Origin: Dimorphilus gyrociliatus
Taxonomy: Eukaryota; Animalia; Annelida
NCBI GenBank assembly: GCA_904063045.1
Contig: CAJFCJ010000002.1
Location: 2,909,891 to 2,973,890 of the forward strand
DNA: 64,000 bases
Reading direction: 5' to 3'
In this document: one piece after another, positions 35,316 through 45,805 of the stretch
Layout: the number at the start of each line of letters is the position of its first letter
Numbering within the stretch: position 1 is the first letter of the stretch
Position numbers and translations under genes: made by a program
The notes under the pieces: model-generated
What the model saw: only the letters and a program-made list of their open reading frames with translations
Told to the model about the DNA's origin: nothing
The model's database searches: none

Positions 35316-37044
35316 GTAACAACTTTACGAAAAAGCTGAAGAATGTAATTGAAACTTTCTCACCCTATTATGCTTTATAGAAATTATTTTCTAGTCCCAT
35401 TTAGTTAATTCTTTTTTATTTGTAAATTTAGATATATTACTATTATTATTGATATTAATGTTATTAATACTTCTCTATTGAGCGTCTAAACTGCAAGTTT
35501 TTTATCGCTTTTGCCTTCCCCTCTTATTCCCATTCCTTTACTAGCTGAGATTGCATTATTAAGGAAACACAATTATCCCCCTCCCTTCCTATTCAATTTA
35601 ACCAATGAATCATATTCAACAAATGTGTGCTTGATTTTATCTCCTTAAAAGAAAGAAACAAAAAAAAATACTCTATTTATAGAGATATTTTTGAATAATC
35701 CCTTGAGTTTAGTTAGTTCTGTAAACTTTTTTGAATGTAGCTTAGCTATAACAGAGAAAAAAAAGTAACTGCAGTTGAAAAGAAAAAACGTATCTGATAA
35801 TAATAATGAAAAAGAAAATGAAAAAAAGAATTGGTTCTTCTCCTTTTTTTTGAGCTTATTTCATATCGTATCGAATTGTGTCACTTTTTGTAAAATATAC
35901 TATGCGGAGCTTTTACCTTTTGTTGATCGCGTTTACCTTTGCTTATTTTTTTTTTATATAATAAATCTCATCACAAATCTATTATGCAGTATTCCAGATA
36001 TTTTTCAATTTTAATAAATAAACTCTTTATCATTCAACCCAAAAGAATGAAGTAGTATATTATATGTAATTTATTATTGTTTCTTTTATATATTTAAAGA
36101 TCTATTATCAATCAATAAAATAATCTTTAATAACGACTAGTCAGGTTCATTTTAATATATTCACTTATAATTGGATTTATTAGATAAGATTAAACGGATA
36201 GCATAATAAAATGGAGATAATCTATTGAAATTTGTTTTCATGTAAATAATGAGTAACAAATTCTTAACGCTAAATCGATCTGATATCCTATATATAGATA
36301 TAAAGACTATAAATTCTACGGCATACTCTTTAAATGTTATCTTATCGCTGATTGGTCGAAAATATTACCTGGTTATGAATAGTTAAGAGATTAGCCGCTT
36401 GTTGCAGTGTTTGCGAAACAGGTAGTCAGTCACTCACGTGAACTTGACTGCGGGATCAGGTACGTCGACAAGAGGTCAACCGATTTGTATTGAAATGATA
36501 AAATATTTTATTGAAATAAGAGATCGTTTAATATCAATTATCACATACAAGATACCTACAAAATCTTTGCGTATAACATTTTGATTATCAATTTTAAATA
36601 AAATTACGTTAGGTTTACTACTAAATGTTTTAGTAATGCTAAAACAATTGACACAATATAAATAAGATAAAGAATAAAGAAAAGCCTGATTTATTGTGTT
36701 GATAGAAACATATATTAATTCTCTACGATTTTCTTCTAGAGGTTAAGCACCTGAATTTTTTCACCTTGAAAAGCGGCCCATGGTTATATGATTTGGAAAC
36801 ATGCTTATCAGATTAGGCAATTTTATTGCCCTATTTCATTATATATACATAAGTTAATTTTTCAATACTGTAAAAGTTAGAGATTATTAGTAGTTAAATA
36901 CACAGTATGTTGATAATATACTGTATTTGTGTTATAGTAGTATTTCTATTTTATAGATAATCTATAACATTATAATCTATAATAGCTGATTTCATCTGTA
37001 TAGTCCAGATTTCAAGCATTTCCCTATTTTAGAGAAGAACAAAA

Positions 37045-37713
37045 ATGATCACAAATGATGATGAAGATACAATGTACGATGATGGCGATATTGGATATAG
37101 CTCTCAAGTTTCCTCAAGTTCCATCTGCTCAGCTGATGGTCAAACAAACGGCTTTATTGAAGCCGTTGCCTCATCTTTGGTAAAACCTCCAAAGCAGATA
37201 AAAACTATTTATCTCGAAGAAAGTTTATCAAAGGATAAGAAGAAGAAAATAATTTCTGATTGGCTGCATGAGTGCTATTCAATATGTTTCTATGGAATTG
37301 TTTCGACAAATAGTGGAAAATTTTCGCATGTGTATCTGTTAGAAGTAGACAAGCACTCGAAGACTTGGTCCTATATCGATTCATTGTTTAGCGAGGAAGA
37401 ACAAAAATTTTTAGAGGAGGTGTTCGAGTCCTTTTCTCAAGAAACTACTGAAAAATTGCATTATTCGCCTAAGCCTGCCTATCAACAGCGTTTAAATTCA
37501 TACGATTGTGGAATTTTATTATTAATTTCGCTTGAACAAGTACTTATTGGCGAATCTCCACCAACTTCCATATCGCAAGAGCTTATTAACAAAAAAAAAG
37601 AGGACTACAAGGAAAAATTTGGATTAAGTTGTGGCGTTCAACTTGCAGAGGAGTCTAACTATGATATGGCTAATTATGACGTTAATGATATAGAAGCTAA
37701 TAACGAGAGCTAA
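37045..37713 (+). CDS. Ulp1/peptidase C48-like (SENP8/NEDP1-like) cysteine protease a, intronless CDS
   Basis: His-Asp-Gln-Cys order: SHVYLL, WSYIDSL, YQQ, SYDCGILLL. Confidence 0.75.
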   Translation: MITNDDEDTMYDDGDIGYSSQVSSSSICSADGQTNGFIEAVASSLVKPPKQIKTIYLEESLSKDKKKKIISDWLHECYSICFYGIVSTNSGKFSHVYLLEVDKHSKTWSYIDSLFSEEEQKFLEEVFESFSQETTEKLHYSPKPAYQQRLNSYDCGILLLISLEQVLIGESPPTSISQELINKKKEDYKEKFGLSCGVQLAEESNYDMANYDVNDIEANNES

Positions 37714-37949
37714 GCAATTCAAAATTAAGTTGTATCATCAAAAGAAAAATGTCTTTTTCTTTAAAAGATGTTAGATATTTTTCAGAGTGTTTGGCATATT
37801 AGCAAATATGATCAAAATAATAAGAAATTCGAATTTAGTTATATTTGTAGACAGCTCATATTAATACAATGATTTGACAAACAACATGACTTTATTTATA
37901 TTTAATACATTAATTTAGTCTATATATTTTTAACGCATGAAAGTAGACG

Positions 37950-38987
37950 CTAAGAGACAACTTTTACCGCGGTACTTGACGAATTTGGTTGACTTGTTGT
38001 CGCAACTCTAGAATGTGTTGTAAATATCCTTCTAAATCGTTTATAAAATAATTTATTAAAGTAGGCAAACAAGAAGAAATTTGCTGCGGAATTAAAACAA
38101 ACTAGATTATAGGCAAAAAAGGCGAAATAGTAAAATACATGACCACAAGTTAGCATTTGTTTAATATACAAACCTGACATAATTAATCTTATAATTTCGA
38201 AGAAGAAAACTGTTATAAATAATATATTAACGGCTAATAGAGATCTTGTTAGGTATCTAGAATTTTTTAGACGCCTTAGACATATTTCTGAATCATCAAT
38301 TTTCTTCGTTAAAGACTTGATAGTTATTACAGTCAATACGAGAATAATAAGAATGGGCAAAACTATGACTAGTAAATTATGGCCTACTATCCTATATAAT
38401 ATTCCATAGTATTTATTTTTAGATTTCAGTGTAGTCGCCTTTAATTTATAGACATTCAAATTTGGGTCAAATATAACAATAAATTCGAATCTTCTACTAA
38501 TACAATAACATCCTGATATGATCATTAATATAAATACGCATATACACAATTTATTAACAGTTATACGCTTTAGAAACATTGGCTTACATACTGCTATGTA
38601 TCTTTCAATTGATATTAAAACAATAAGCCAACTTGATACAAATCTACAAAAATCTTCCAACGAAAGAGTATTCATCACTCCATAGGCATAGAAATATGAA
38701 TATTTTTCATAAAAACCTTTGTTTAAATAAGCTAACATGCTTTTCAAACCTTTAAAATATAAGTAAAATTGAAGTATTATCGTGTCAAAAAATTCCAGTA
38801 GAATTACCAATATTGCAGTTGTTTTTCTCACCTTTAACATTGAAAACCAAATAGCCGTCGCAATTAAATTAAACAATGTACCAAACGATGGAATAAGGGT
38901 TGCCGTTAGGCCCATAAATAAAAATTCAGACAAAATACAAGATTCTAAGTTATTATTACTTCTATTATTTGTATTGTTCAGTGTCAT
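37950..38987 (-). CDS. Class A GPCR, FMRFamide/peptide-receptor-like orphan a, intronless
   Basis: Seven hydrophobic segments; FGTLFN in TM1; SIERYIAVCKP (DRY variant); NSAANFFLF in TM7. Confidence 0.88.
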   Translation of the reverse strand: MTLNNTNNRSNNNLESCILSEFLFMGLTATLIPSFGTLFNLIATAIWFSMLKVRKTTAILVILLEFFDTIILQFYLYFKGLKSMLAYLNKGFYEKYSYFYAYGVMNTLSLEDFCRFVSSWLIVLISIERYIAVCKPMFLKRITVNKLCICVFILMIISGCYCISRRFEFIVIFDPNLNVYKLKATTLKSKNKYYGILYRIVGHNLLVIVLPILIILVLTVITIKSLTKKIDDSEICLRRLKNSRYLTRSLLAVNILFITVFFFEIIRLIMSGLYIKQMLTCGHVFYYFAFFAYNLVCFNSAANFFLFAYFNKLFYKRFRRIFTTHSRVATTSQPNSSSTAVKVVS

Positions 38988-39452
38988 TTTGTCTACAATT
39001 GACCACCGTCTAAAAATTCTCCCCAGAGAAAGATATCATTCGAAACGTATACGCTTTAAGTATTATTACACCTAGGTGGCTCTGCTACAGAACAAAAATA
39101 ATTTTCCAGAAAAACATTTTAAAAGAAAGAAGAGATGACTCAGTTTCAAGCCTTGTAATAGAATATAGACTTGTCTTTATTATATACTACGAGACCTTTA
39201 TCTACATATATACTATCTGTCGCTTTCTAATCTAAAGGGAAAAACACTAGTAAAAGTAGTAGTTGTGCGGTGTTTAATGTAATTTGTTTGATAGAACAAA
39301 CTGTTTATTGGACAGATATTTTATAAACTTAAAAGTGTAGGTAATTTAAGATCTATCTCTCACTGTATCTCTTCCTTCGCTTGTAATTTACTGCATATAC
39401 TAAAATACAAGCAATTGTTAGATTTATCTGTATTGTTGAATTTAGTAAACAA

Positions 39453-40124
39453 TTAATTGACATCAATAAAATCAACAAATTCAACACTATCTTCATTTTC
39501 TCCTACATCGGCATAAATCATATCAAGATATTGTGCCCTCTTTTTGTCAATTTGAGAGCGGCTATATTGACTAGACGGTTCGTGACCTAGTAGTCTCTCC
39601 TCAAGTATCATCAATAGTATGTAACCACAGTCAACTCCGCTGGATTTTTGTTGATGACATTTCCTCGGAACATGCATGACTCCTTCGTATTCTATCTTGT
39701 GTTGTAGAGCGATTCTTACAAAGTCTTCCCATGATGTATCCCTTTCTGAATCATAATAGGTCCAGCACTTTTTTTCTACACATACTTCAACTAAGCAACA
39801 GTGTCCAACAGGTCTGCTTTTTGGTTTATTAATCAGAATACTATAGCAAGTAGGGTATTCGCATTCTTCAATTTTCGATTTAAAATTCTCTATGGCACAT
39901 TGATTGTTAGGTTCAATAAGGCTAGTTAAAATACTTATCTTCTTGCCAATATCCTTTGGACAGCCATCTCTAAGCTTCTGTGCTATTATCTCTATTTCGC
40001 CAACACTCAATAGTTTGTGCGATTTTTGATTTGGTTTTTGAAGGCATCGCCGTTTTCTCTTGTAACTTTCAAATGAATCGCTGTCGTATAATTGATCTTC
40101 TTCTGATGGTGAGGGTGAATACAT
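39453..40124 (-). CDS. Ulp1/peptidase C48-like cysteine protease b, intronless CDS
   Basis: GHCCLVEV, WTYYDS, CHQQ, VDCGYILLMILE; paralogous to 37045-37713. Confidence 0.75.
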   Translation of the reverse strand: MYSPSPSEEDQLYDSDSFESYKRKRRCLQKPNQKSHKLLSVGEIEIIAQKLRDGCPKDIGKKISILTSLIEPNNQCAIENFKSKIEECEYPTCYSILINKPKSRPVGHCCLVEVCVEKKCWTYYDSERDTSWEDFVRIALQHKIEYEGVMHVPRKCHQQKSSGVDCGYILLMILEERLLGHEPSSQYSRSQIDKKRAQYLDMIYADVGENEDSVEFVDFIDVN

Positions 40125-40697
40125 GATGGGAATTTAGGATGAAAATTTTCTAAATTCTGTATCATTCCTTCTATTTTTAAAAAAAATATAATAAAGATCT
40201 GGCAGGAATAGAATCGTCTGGCCACCTTGTCTAATATGAACATTTAAGCGCCATCGAAAATTACATCATCTTAACGAAAATTCTAGAATACTACTATCTT
40301 AAAACCATGAAATAACCATATTTTTCGCCACCTACAGGTAAGTTTGATGAGAAATGCGTGGACTGGAGTACATTTAAATATTGTAGTAGTAAAAAGTCAC
40401 ACGCTTTTTAGAGATATCTAAATAGATATTTCAATATTATTAAAAAGATAATATATAGATTTTGTCTTGGAATTAATAGATTTATTAACGATTAAACAAC
40501 AATTACAGAAAAAGACTGATAAATAGTTCACAGATAAATGAATTGTTATTAGTTTACGACTTACAATACGGTTTAAATCGACGGAGACATTTTTCAAAGA
40601 CAACGTCTAAATATAATAGTTTATTTGTGTAAAGACTTGGAATTCTTGGTCTCAATAGAGTACAGATATACAATATATATATATACTGTATATATAT

Positions 40698-41705
40698 TCA
40701 ATAAGTATTTGTAGTACCAGTCACTTCCATAACATGAACGATATTTCTTGTAAAGAACCTTTTAAACTTTCTATAGAATATCTTATTTAAGAAGGCGAAT
40801 AGAAAGAAGTTGGCAGCTGAATTAAGACAAGTTAAATTGTACGTAATCGATGTAAAATAGAAGAAAAAATGCCCGCAAGTTATCATTTTTTCAACGTATA
40901 ATCCTGATATTACTAATCTAAAAATTTCGAATAAGAATGTACAAATAAATAATATATTAACAGCCATTAGAGATCTCGTAATATATTTTGCATTTACGCT
41001 AAGATGGCTTTGAATTTCTAGTACCTTTCTCGTAAGTGTTCTCAACGTGAAAATCGTTAAAATTACAATTATTGTGAAAGGTAATAAGATAACAATCAAA
41101 TTTTGTAACACTATTCTATATAAGATACCGTACATTGTATTGTTCTTTTTCAAGCTTGTAGGCTTAAGCTTATAGTAGGAATCTCTTTGATCGAAATAAA
41201 TGTCGTATTCATAGGCCCGTGGTATTGAGAAACTAATACCAAATATGGCTAAAAATACAACTGCTATAGTAACTCTTCCAGGTTTGAAATATTTGGCTTT
41301 ATAAGGCCAACAAATTGCAAAATATCTTTCTATAGAAATAAAGACTATAATCCAATTTGATGTTATTCTAGCAAAATTCTCTATTGGTAGGATACGAGCC
41401 ACAGCTTTAGATCTGAAGGAGGCATACACTTTAAAAAAACTTTTATCAACATAACCAATAAAGATATGAAGGCTTTGAAAGATAAGAAAAAATATTAAAA
41501 TTAAACTATCGGATATTTCCAAACAAACAACAAGAATTGTAGTAGCATTGATCTTAGAATTATTCATTGTTAACCAAATAATAGCCGCCACAGTATTAAA
41601 TATTGTTCCAAAAGTCGTAATAAATGTTAAACAAACGCCAGATAGTATAAAATTCCAAAATTCACAATTGAATAATTGTTTTTGAATCGAATTCGTGGTA
41701 TTCAT
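40698..41705 (-). CDS. Class A GPCR, peptide-receptor-like orphan b, intronless
   Basis: Paralog of 37950-38987 (FGTIFN, SIERYFAIC, KYITRSLMAVNILF, TCGHFF, NSAANFFLF). Confidence 0.88.
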   Translation of the reverse strand: MNTTNSIQKQLFNCEFWNFILSGVCLTFITTFGTIFNTVAAIIWLTMNNSKINATTILVVCLEISDSLILIFFLIFQSLHIFIGYVDKSFFKVYASFRSKAVARILPIENFARITSNWIIVFISIERYFAICWPYKAKYFKPGRVTIAVVFLAIFGISFSIPRAYEYDIYFDQRDSYYKLKPTSLKKNNTMYGILYRIVLQNLIVILLPFTIIVILTIFTLRTLTRKVLEIQSHLSVNAKYITRSLMAVNILFICTFLFEIFRLVISGLYVEKMITCGHFFFYFTSITYNLTCLNSAANFFLFAFLNKIFYRKFKRFFTRNIVHVMEVTGTTNTY

Positions 41706-42350
41706 CGTGTATTAAAGATTATTAAACTTCACCTAAGATTTGTTCACGAGTGTTTGTCGCAATTCTATGAAAATATAATCTATTAAACATAAATTATTAT
41801 TTTGTACTTATGAATATTCATGAAATTATTATTTTGTAAAGGATAACAAAAAACAAAAAGATGGGTTTATTTAAATGATTTATCATATTATGAATATTAA
41901 ATAGGTAAATTATATATAATAGTCTCCCTTTTTTTAATTTTCGAATCTTTCCTCCTTTGAAGATCTTGTAACGTATTTAAAATCTCTTTTTATACATTTG
42001 CCTATTTCCTGTAATAGTCCTATGCACATACAGCATATTTTTTTATAGGTAAAAGCGAAAAATAAATTAAGCCTATGTATGGTTTTATTAGCGCTCAAAT
42101 AAAAATTCCTAATCGTCTAAGTTGCGTTTTTCGCCTTCTATGGTTTTTTTCAAATTTCGTGGTTGTCCTTAAAATGTGGCTCCTGCTTCCCGTCACAAAA
42201 AACGATTGGTATTATTGTAATAGATTATTGTGTCCTCAAATCTCGAAAGGTCTCATTGTCGACTTTTCATTCAAACAAGAGCGCTTGAAGTAGTCAGACA
42301 GAGAGTATATATTTACTTGAAATTTTATAATAAATTTTTTATTTGGCATA

Positions 42351-42920
42351 ATGGATGAATTTGAAGAAGATAGTTTCTATGGTTCTTTTAATCAGAGTAT
42401 TGATCAAATATCCGATTCAGAACCGGATATGTTCAGCAATCGATATACGCAAGAATGGATGGAAAGAGAAGCTGAACATTTGTTAGCAAAATCTGAAATA
42501 CCACGTTTTCGAACACACGTTTTTATCTCTTGGTTAACAACTCGACCGAATATTTTGGAATATTTTGTGCCTCTTCGATCTCAAAATTTCTTTATACTGT
42601 TAGAAAATCCGAATTATTGCGGATGTTTCCAACATTGCTGTATGGTCGAAATAAATATTCGTGACAGATCGTGGTCGTACATCGATTCGATGCATAATCA
42701 TGAGAAACTAGAACGAATACGTAAAGCGTTTTGGCCAATAATTGATATGTTCTCGCTAGAGTATCAACCAACTAGATGCCATCAACAAAACAATTTATCG
42801 AGCAAATGTTCAATAATGCTACTGAAAACTCTTGAGAGAAAGCTTGTTGAAATAAAAAGCGTTTTGGAGGAGTTCTATGATGAACTTCCAGCGAATGAGA
42901 TATCAATTGAATTTCAGTAG
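42351..42920 (+). CDS. Ulp1/peptidase C48-like protein c (divergent catalytic Cys context)
   Basis: QHCCMVEI, WSYIDSM, CHQQ, then SKCS in place of DCG. Confidence 0.65.
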   Translation: MDEFEEDSFYGSFNQSIDQISDSEPDMFSNRYTQEWMEREAEHLLAKSEIPRFRTHVFISWLTTRPNILEYFVPLRSQNFFILLENPNYCGCFQHCCMVEINIRDRSWSYIDSMHNHEKLERIRKAFWPIIDMFSLEYQPTRCHQQNNLSSKCSIMLLKTLERKLVEIKSVLEEFYDELPANEISIEFQ

Positions 42921-43717
42921 AAAATTTACCAAAATGTATTCAAGTATTAGTCGTATTTGAAAAATATTCGAAATTCCTACTTGACTTTTTTTGCTGTCTG
43001 CTGTCAGCTCGAAAAATGACATTCTTGAAGAAGAATATATGATAGAGCTTTACCTTCTGTACCTATACATACATATGTGTCTAAACAAGTGCCATCATGG
43101 TGTTATCATAATGACATTCTTTGAGGACCTTTATGGAAGTCTATTATGTTACATCCACATGGGGAGAAGAATTTGAAGAAATATTTGGATGATTTTTTTT
43201 ATTCCTCCAAATGCAAATACTTATGGAATGTGTACGCTCTTGTACTATACATTTCATTTATACGATTTATATTGCTCATATAATAGTAGTTAATATAAAA
43301 TATTATTAATACATATTCTAATTACAATATTTCGAGTTTATTGAACAAATATTAAAAAACAATAATAATCTATTCTACGGGCGGGACTAAACAGCAGAGT
43401 CGTAGGCCTTAAATTTTCAAATATGCCTTCTCTCTTTAAATGTATGATTGATTCTTTCGCAATGATTAGTAATTCGACAGGCACATTTTAAGGCTAGCAA
43501 GAATTAATCTGGAAAATATTATCTTTATTGATTTATGAAGTGTAGCAATACTCAATATTTAATAACTGAGTAGGGTGATAAGTACAAGTGTTAATTCAGC
43601 ACTCGGTGATTAAAGCGCCATCTGTAATACAAAAAAAACAGACCTTATGTAATTACCGGTTTATGTTGTTGAAATCTCCTTTCAATTTCTCTCCTACTTC
43701 CGTAGTTCGAAGGTAAA

Positions 43718-45313
43718 ATGCCATACGATGTCAAGGTTGATTGTGATGAAAGTGATGTTTGCATAAGATTTAATGAAGAGCAATTAATCTGTACTATTTG
43801 CTCTTCCACTTGGTTGAATAAGAAACCGCGTTGCTTGCCTTGTGAAGTCAGCCATATTTTCTGTTCAGATTGTTTAGAGCAATTTGCATCAAAAAATAGA
43901 CTTAAAACAGGAGAAAAATTCGGTTGTCCAAATTGTCGAAAACAATATATTTGGCCAAAAAACGGAGTTAAATCTTTTGTATTACTTATGCCTTTTGTTA
44001 GCACTTCCGACTATCGATCGAATGTGGAAATGGAAATGGGCGAAAATGATACGCAACCTTTTTCCGTTCTTAGCGAAGACGAGAAGTTCAGAGAAGAGGA
44101 ATCGAAGGACTTTGAATCAGAAATCATGAACGCCCTCGAATCTTTAAGCGAAGAGCGTCTAAGTGAATCAAAAACCCTACAGAGGGAAGCTCGCAGTCTA
44201 GCTGCAATGATTTATAAGAAACAGTCGGCTTTGCAAGATGAATTGGATGTATATTTTGCGGAAAAAGAGTCAAACTTAAGGTTTTTATTAAAGAATGTTA
44301 AAACATATCAATTATTCCTGAATCGAGCGGGAGTAATGTTTGAACATAATGCAGTCGAGATGAGAAACAAACTGCTAAAGGAAATGAATAAAGTTTTTCA
44401 AACAACGATAAGATTCAAGAGTCTTGTGTCAATTGAGGATTTTGAATTAGGTGAATCAGCTTGCGAAGAATTCGAGCCAACGTATTTTCAAACGGAACTT
44501 GATATTGAAGGAACTATACATAGTATATCCTGCCTCGATAAGCGGCTTTACGTTCTTACTAAAGATAGAAGAGATAAGAGAAAAATTGAGTTTAAAATTT
44601 TTAGAATTGAAAATGAAGCGGAAGACTTTTTGTTCCACTTAGAGACTAATATTGACTCACATTTCAAGATGGTTATCAAAGATAACGTTTACTTGTTGGA
44701 AACTGGTGGAGATAACAATACTTTTCTCAAACTTGAAGTTAATCCTAGTAGAGGACTTTATCATCAATCTCGGTATCAATTGACAGAGGTCGACTATTTC
44801 GCAAAACAATTTAATCATAATCCATGGACACACGTTTGCTCTTCATACAAGATTTTAATGCTATTTAACGATTATGTACTGGAAGTATATAGCTTTGATC
44901 CTAAGATGTCTAAATACGAGAGACTAAAGGTGCTTGAACTTCCCTCATCTACTGGTTTAAGAGATGTTAGAAGTACTGGAAATTATATTTTTATGCTATT
45001 TAATAATGGTTGCCTCTATACGGCTGATATAAAAGACTACGATGAGTTTTCTAAAATTAAAATTTCGGAGAGAGCTAGTTGTATTTCATTTTACGGAAAT
45101 ATTATTGATCCCTTAAAGAATGGTTGTGTTCTACTCTCCAACGGTAAACGTGTTTATATTGTCAATCTAGCAACGAAATGTGCAATATCGTATCCTCTTC
45201 TAAGCATTGTTAAAGATTGCAGGATGATAGACTACGAATTAATTGATAATGACATAATATTTTATTTTGTCATCGGTGCTGATATAATAATCAAAAAACG
45301 TTATATTTTATAA
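43718..45313 (+). CDS. RING-HC + coiled-coil + beta-rich (propeller-like) protein 1, TRIM-like without B-box
   Basis: CTIC..PRCLPCEVSHIFCSDC..CPNC; heptad-rich helical middle; beta-strand-rich C-terminal ~280 aa shared with neighbours. Confidence 0.8.
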   Translation: MPYDVKVDCDESDVCIRFNEEQLICTICSSTWLNKKPRCLPCEVSHIFCSDCLEQFASKNRLKTGEKFGCPNCRKQYIWPKNGVKSFVLLMPFVSTSDYRSNVEMEMGENDTQPFSVLSEDEKFREEESKDFESEIMNALESLSEERLSESKTLQREARSLAAMIYKKQSALQDELDVYFAEKESNLRFLLKNVKTYQLFLNRAGVMFEHNAVEMRNKLLKEMNKVFQTTIRFKSLVSIEDFELGESACEEFEPTYFQTELDIEGTIHSISCLDKRLYVLTKDRRDKRKIEFKIFRIENEAEDFLFHLETNIDSHFKMVIKDNVYLLETGGDNNTFLKLEVNPSRGLYHQSRYQLTEVDYFAKQFNHNPWTHVCSSYKILMLFNDYVLEVYSFDPKMSKYERLKVLELPSSTGLRDVRSTGNYIFMLFNNGCLYTADIKDYDEFSKIKISERASCISFYGNIIDPLKNGCVLLSNGKRVYIVNLATKCAISYPLLSIVKDCRMIDYELIDNDIIFYFVIGADIIIKKRYIL

Positions 45314-45805
45314 GAAACACTAAAGAGTATTAAAGTTTTTGACAGTGAAAAAAGAAACGACGATTTTTTTTCATTAAAAAGAAAAAAAAACAAAACATTC
45401 TTGATTGAAAAAAGTTAAATATTAATATTTTTTTTCTATTCTTTTTTTAAATATTCATATTTTTTTTGTAAAAAAAAAAAAAGAAAAAAAACAAAAATTG
45501 TCCAAAAAACTTTTTTTTTGGTAATTATTGATTTCATCTTTCTTTAGTTTAAAGTTCGTTTGCTATTACTTTCTTTTTAAAAGTTTTATTTTTCAATAAA
45601 AGTTTTATTAGTTTCATTGAAAGTGATTTTTAAATAAGATACTATTTGACAATAAAAGGACTTTGATTCTAGTACGCTACATAAATCAATTTAAGTCTTG
45701 TTATGTAAAAATAGTAAGGAACAATGAAATATCGGATTTCCCATTAGCGATATATGTTAAAAGTAGAAGGATATTAGAATTAGCTTTTGTTTAGATATAG
45801 CTTTG

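Noticed and set aside
42991-43230. Short ORF with a repeated aatgacattctt between protease c and RING gene 1
   Set aside because: No recognisable domain or convincing homology to its neighbours.
45340-45520. Poly(A)/poly(T) tracts as a retrocopy tail for RING gene 1
   Set aside because: Mixed A and T runs are common in intergenic DNA here, there is no target-site duplication, and the gene has a 5'UTR intron.
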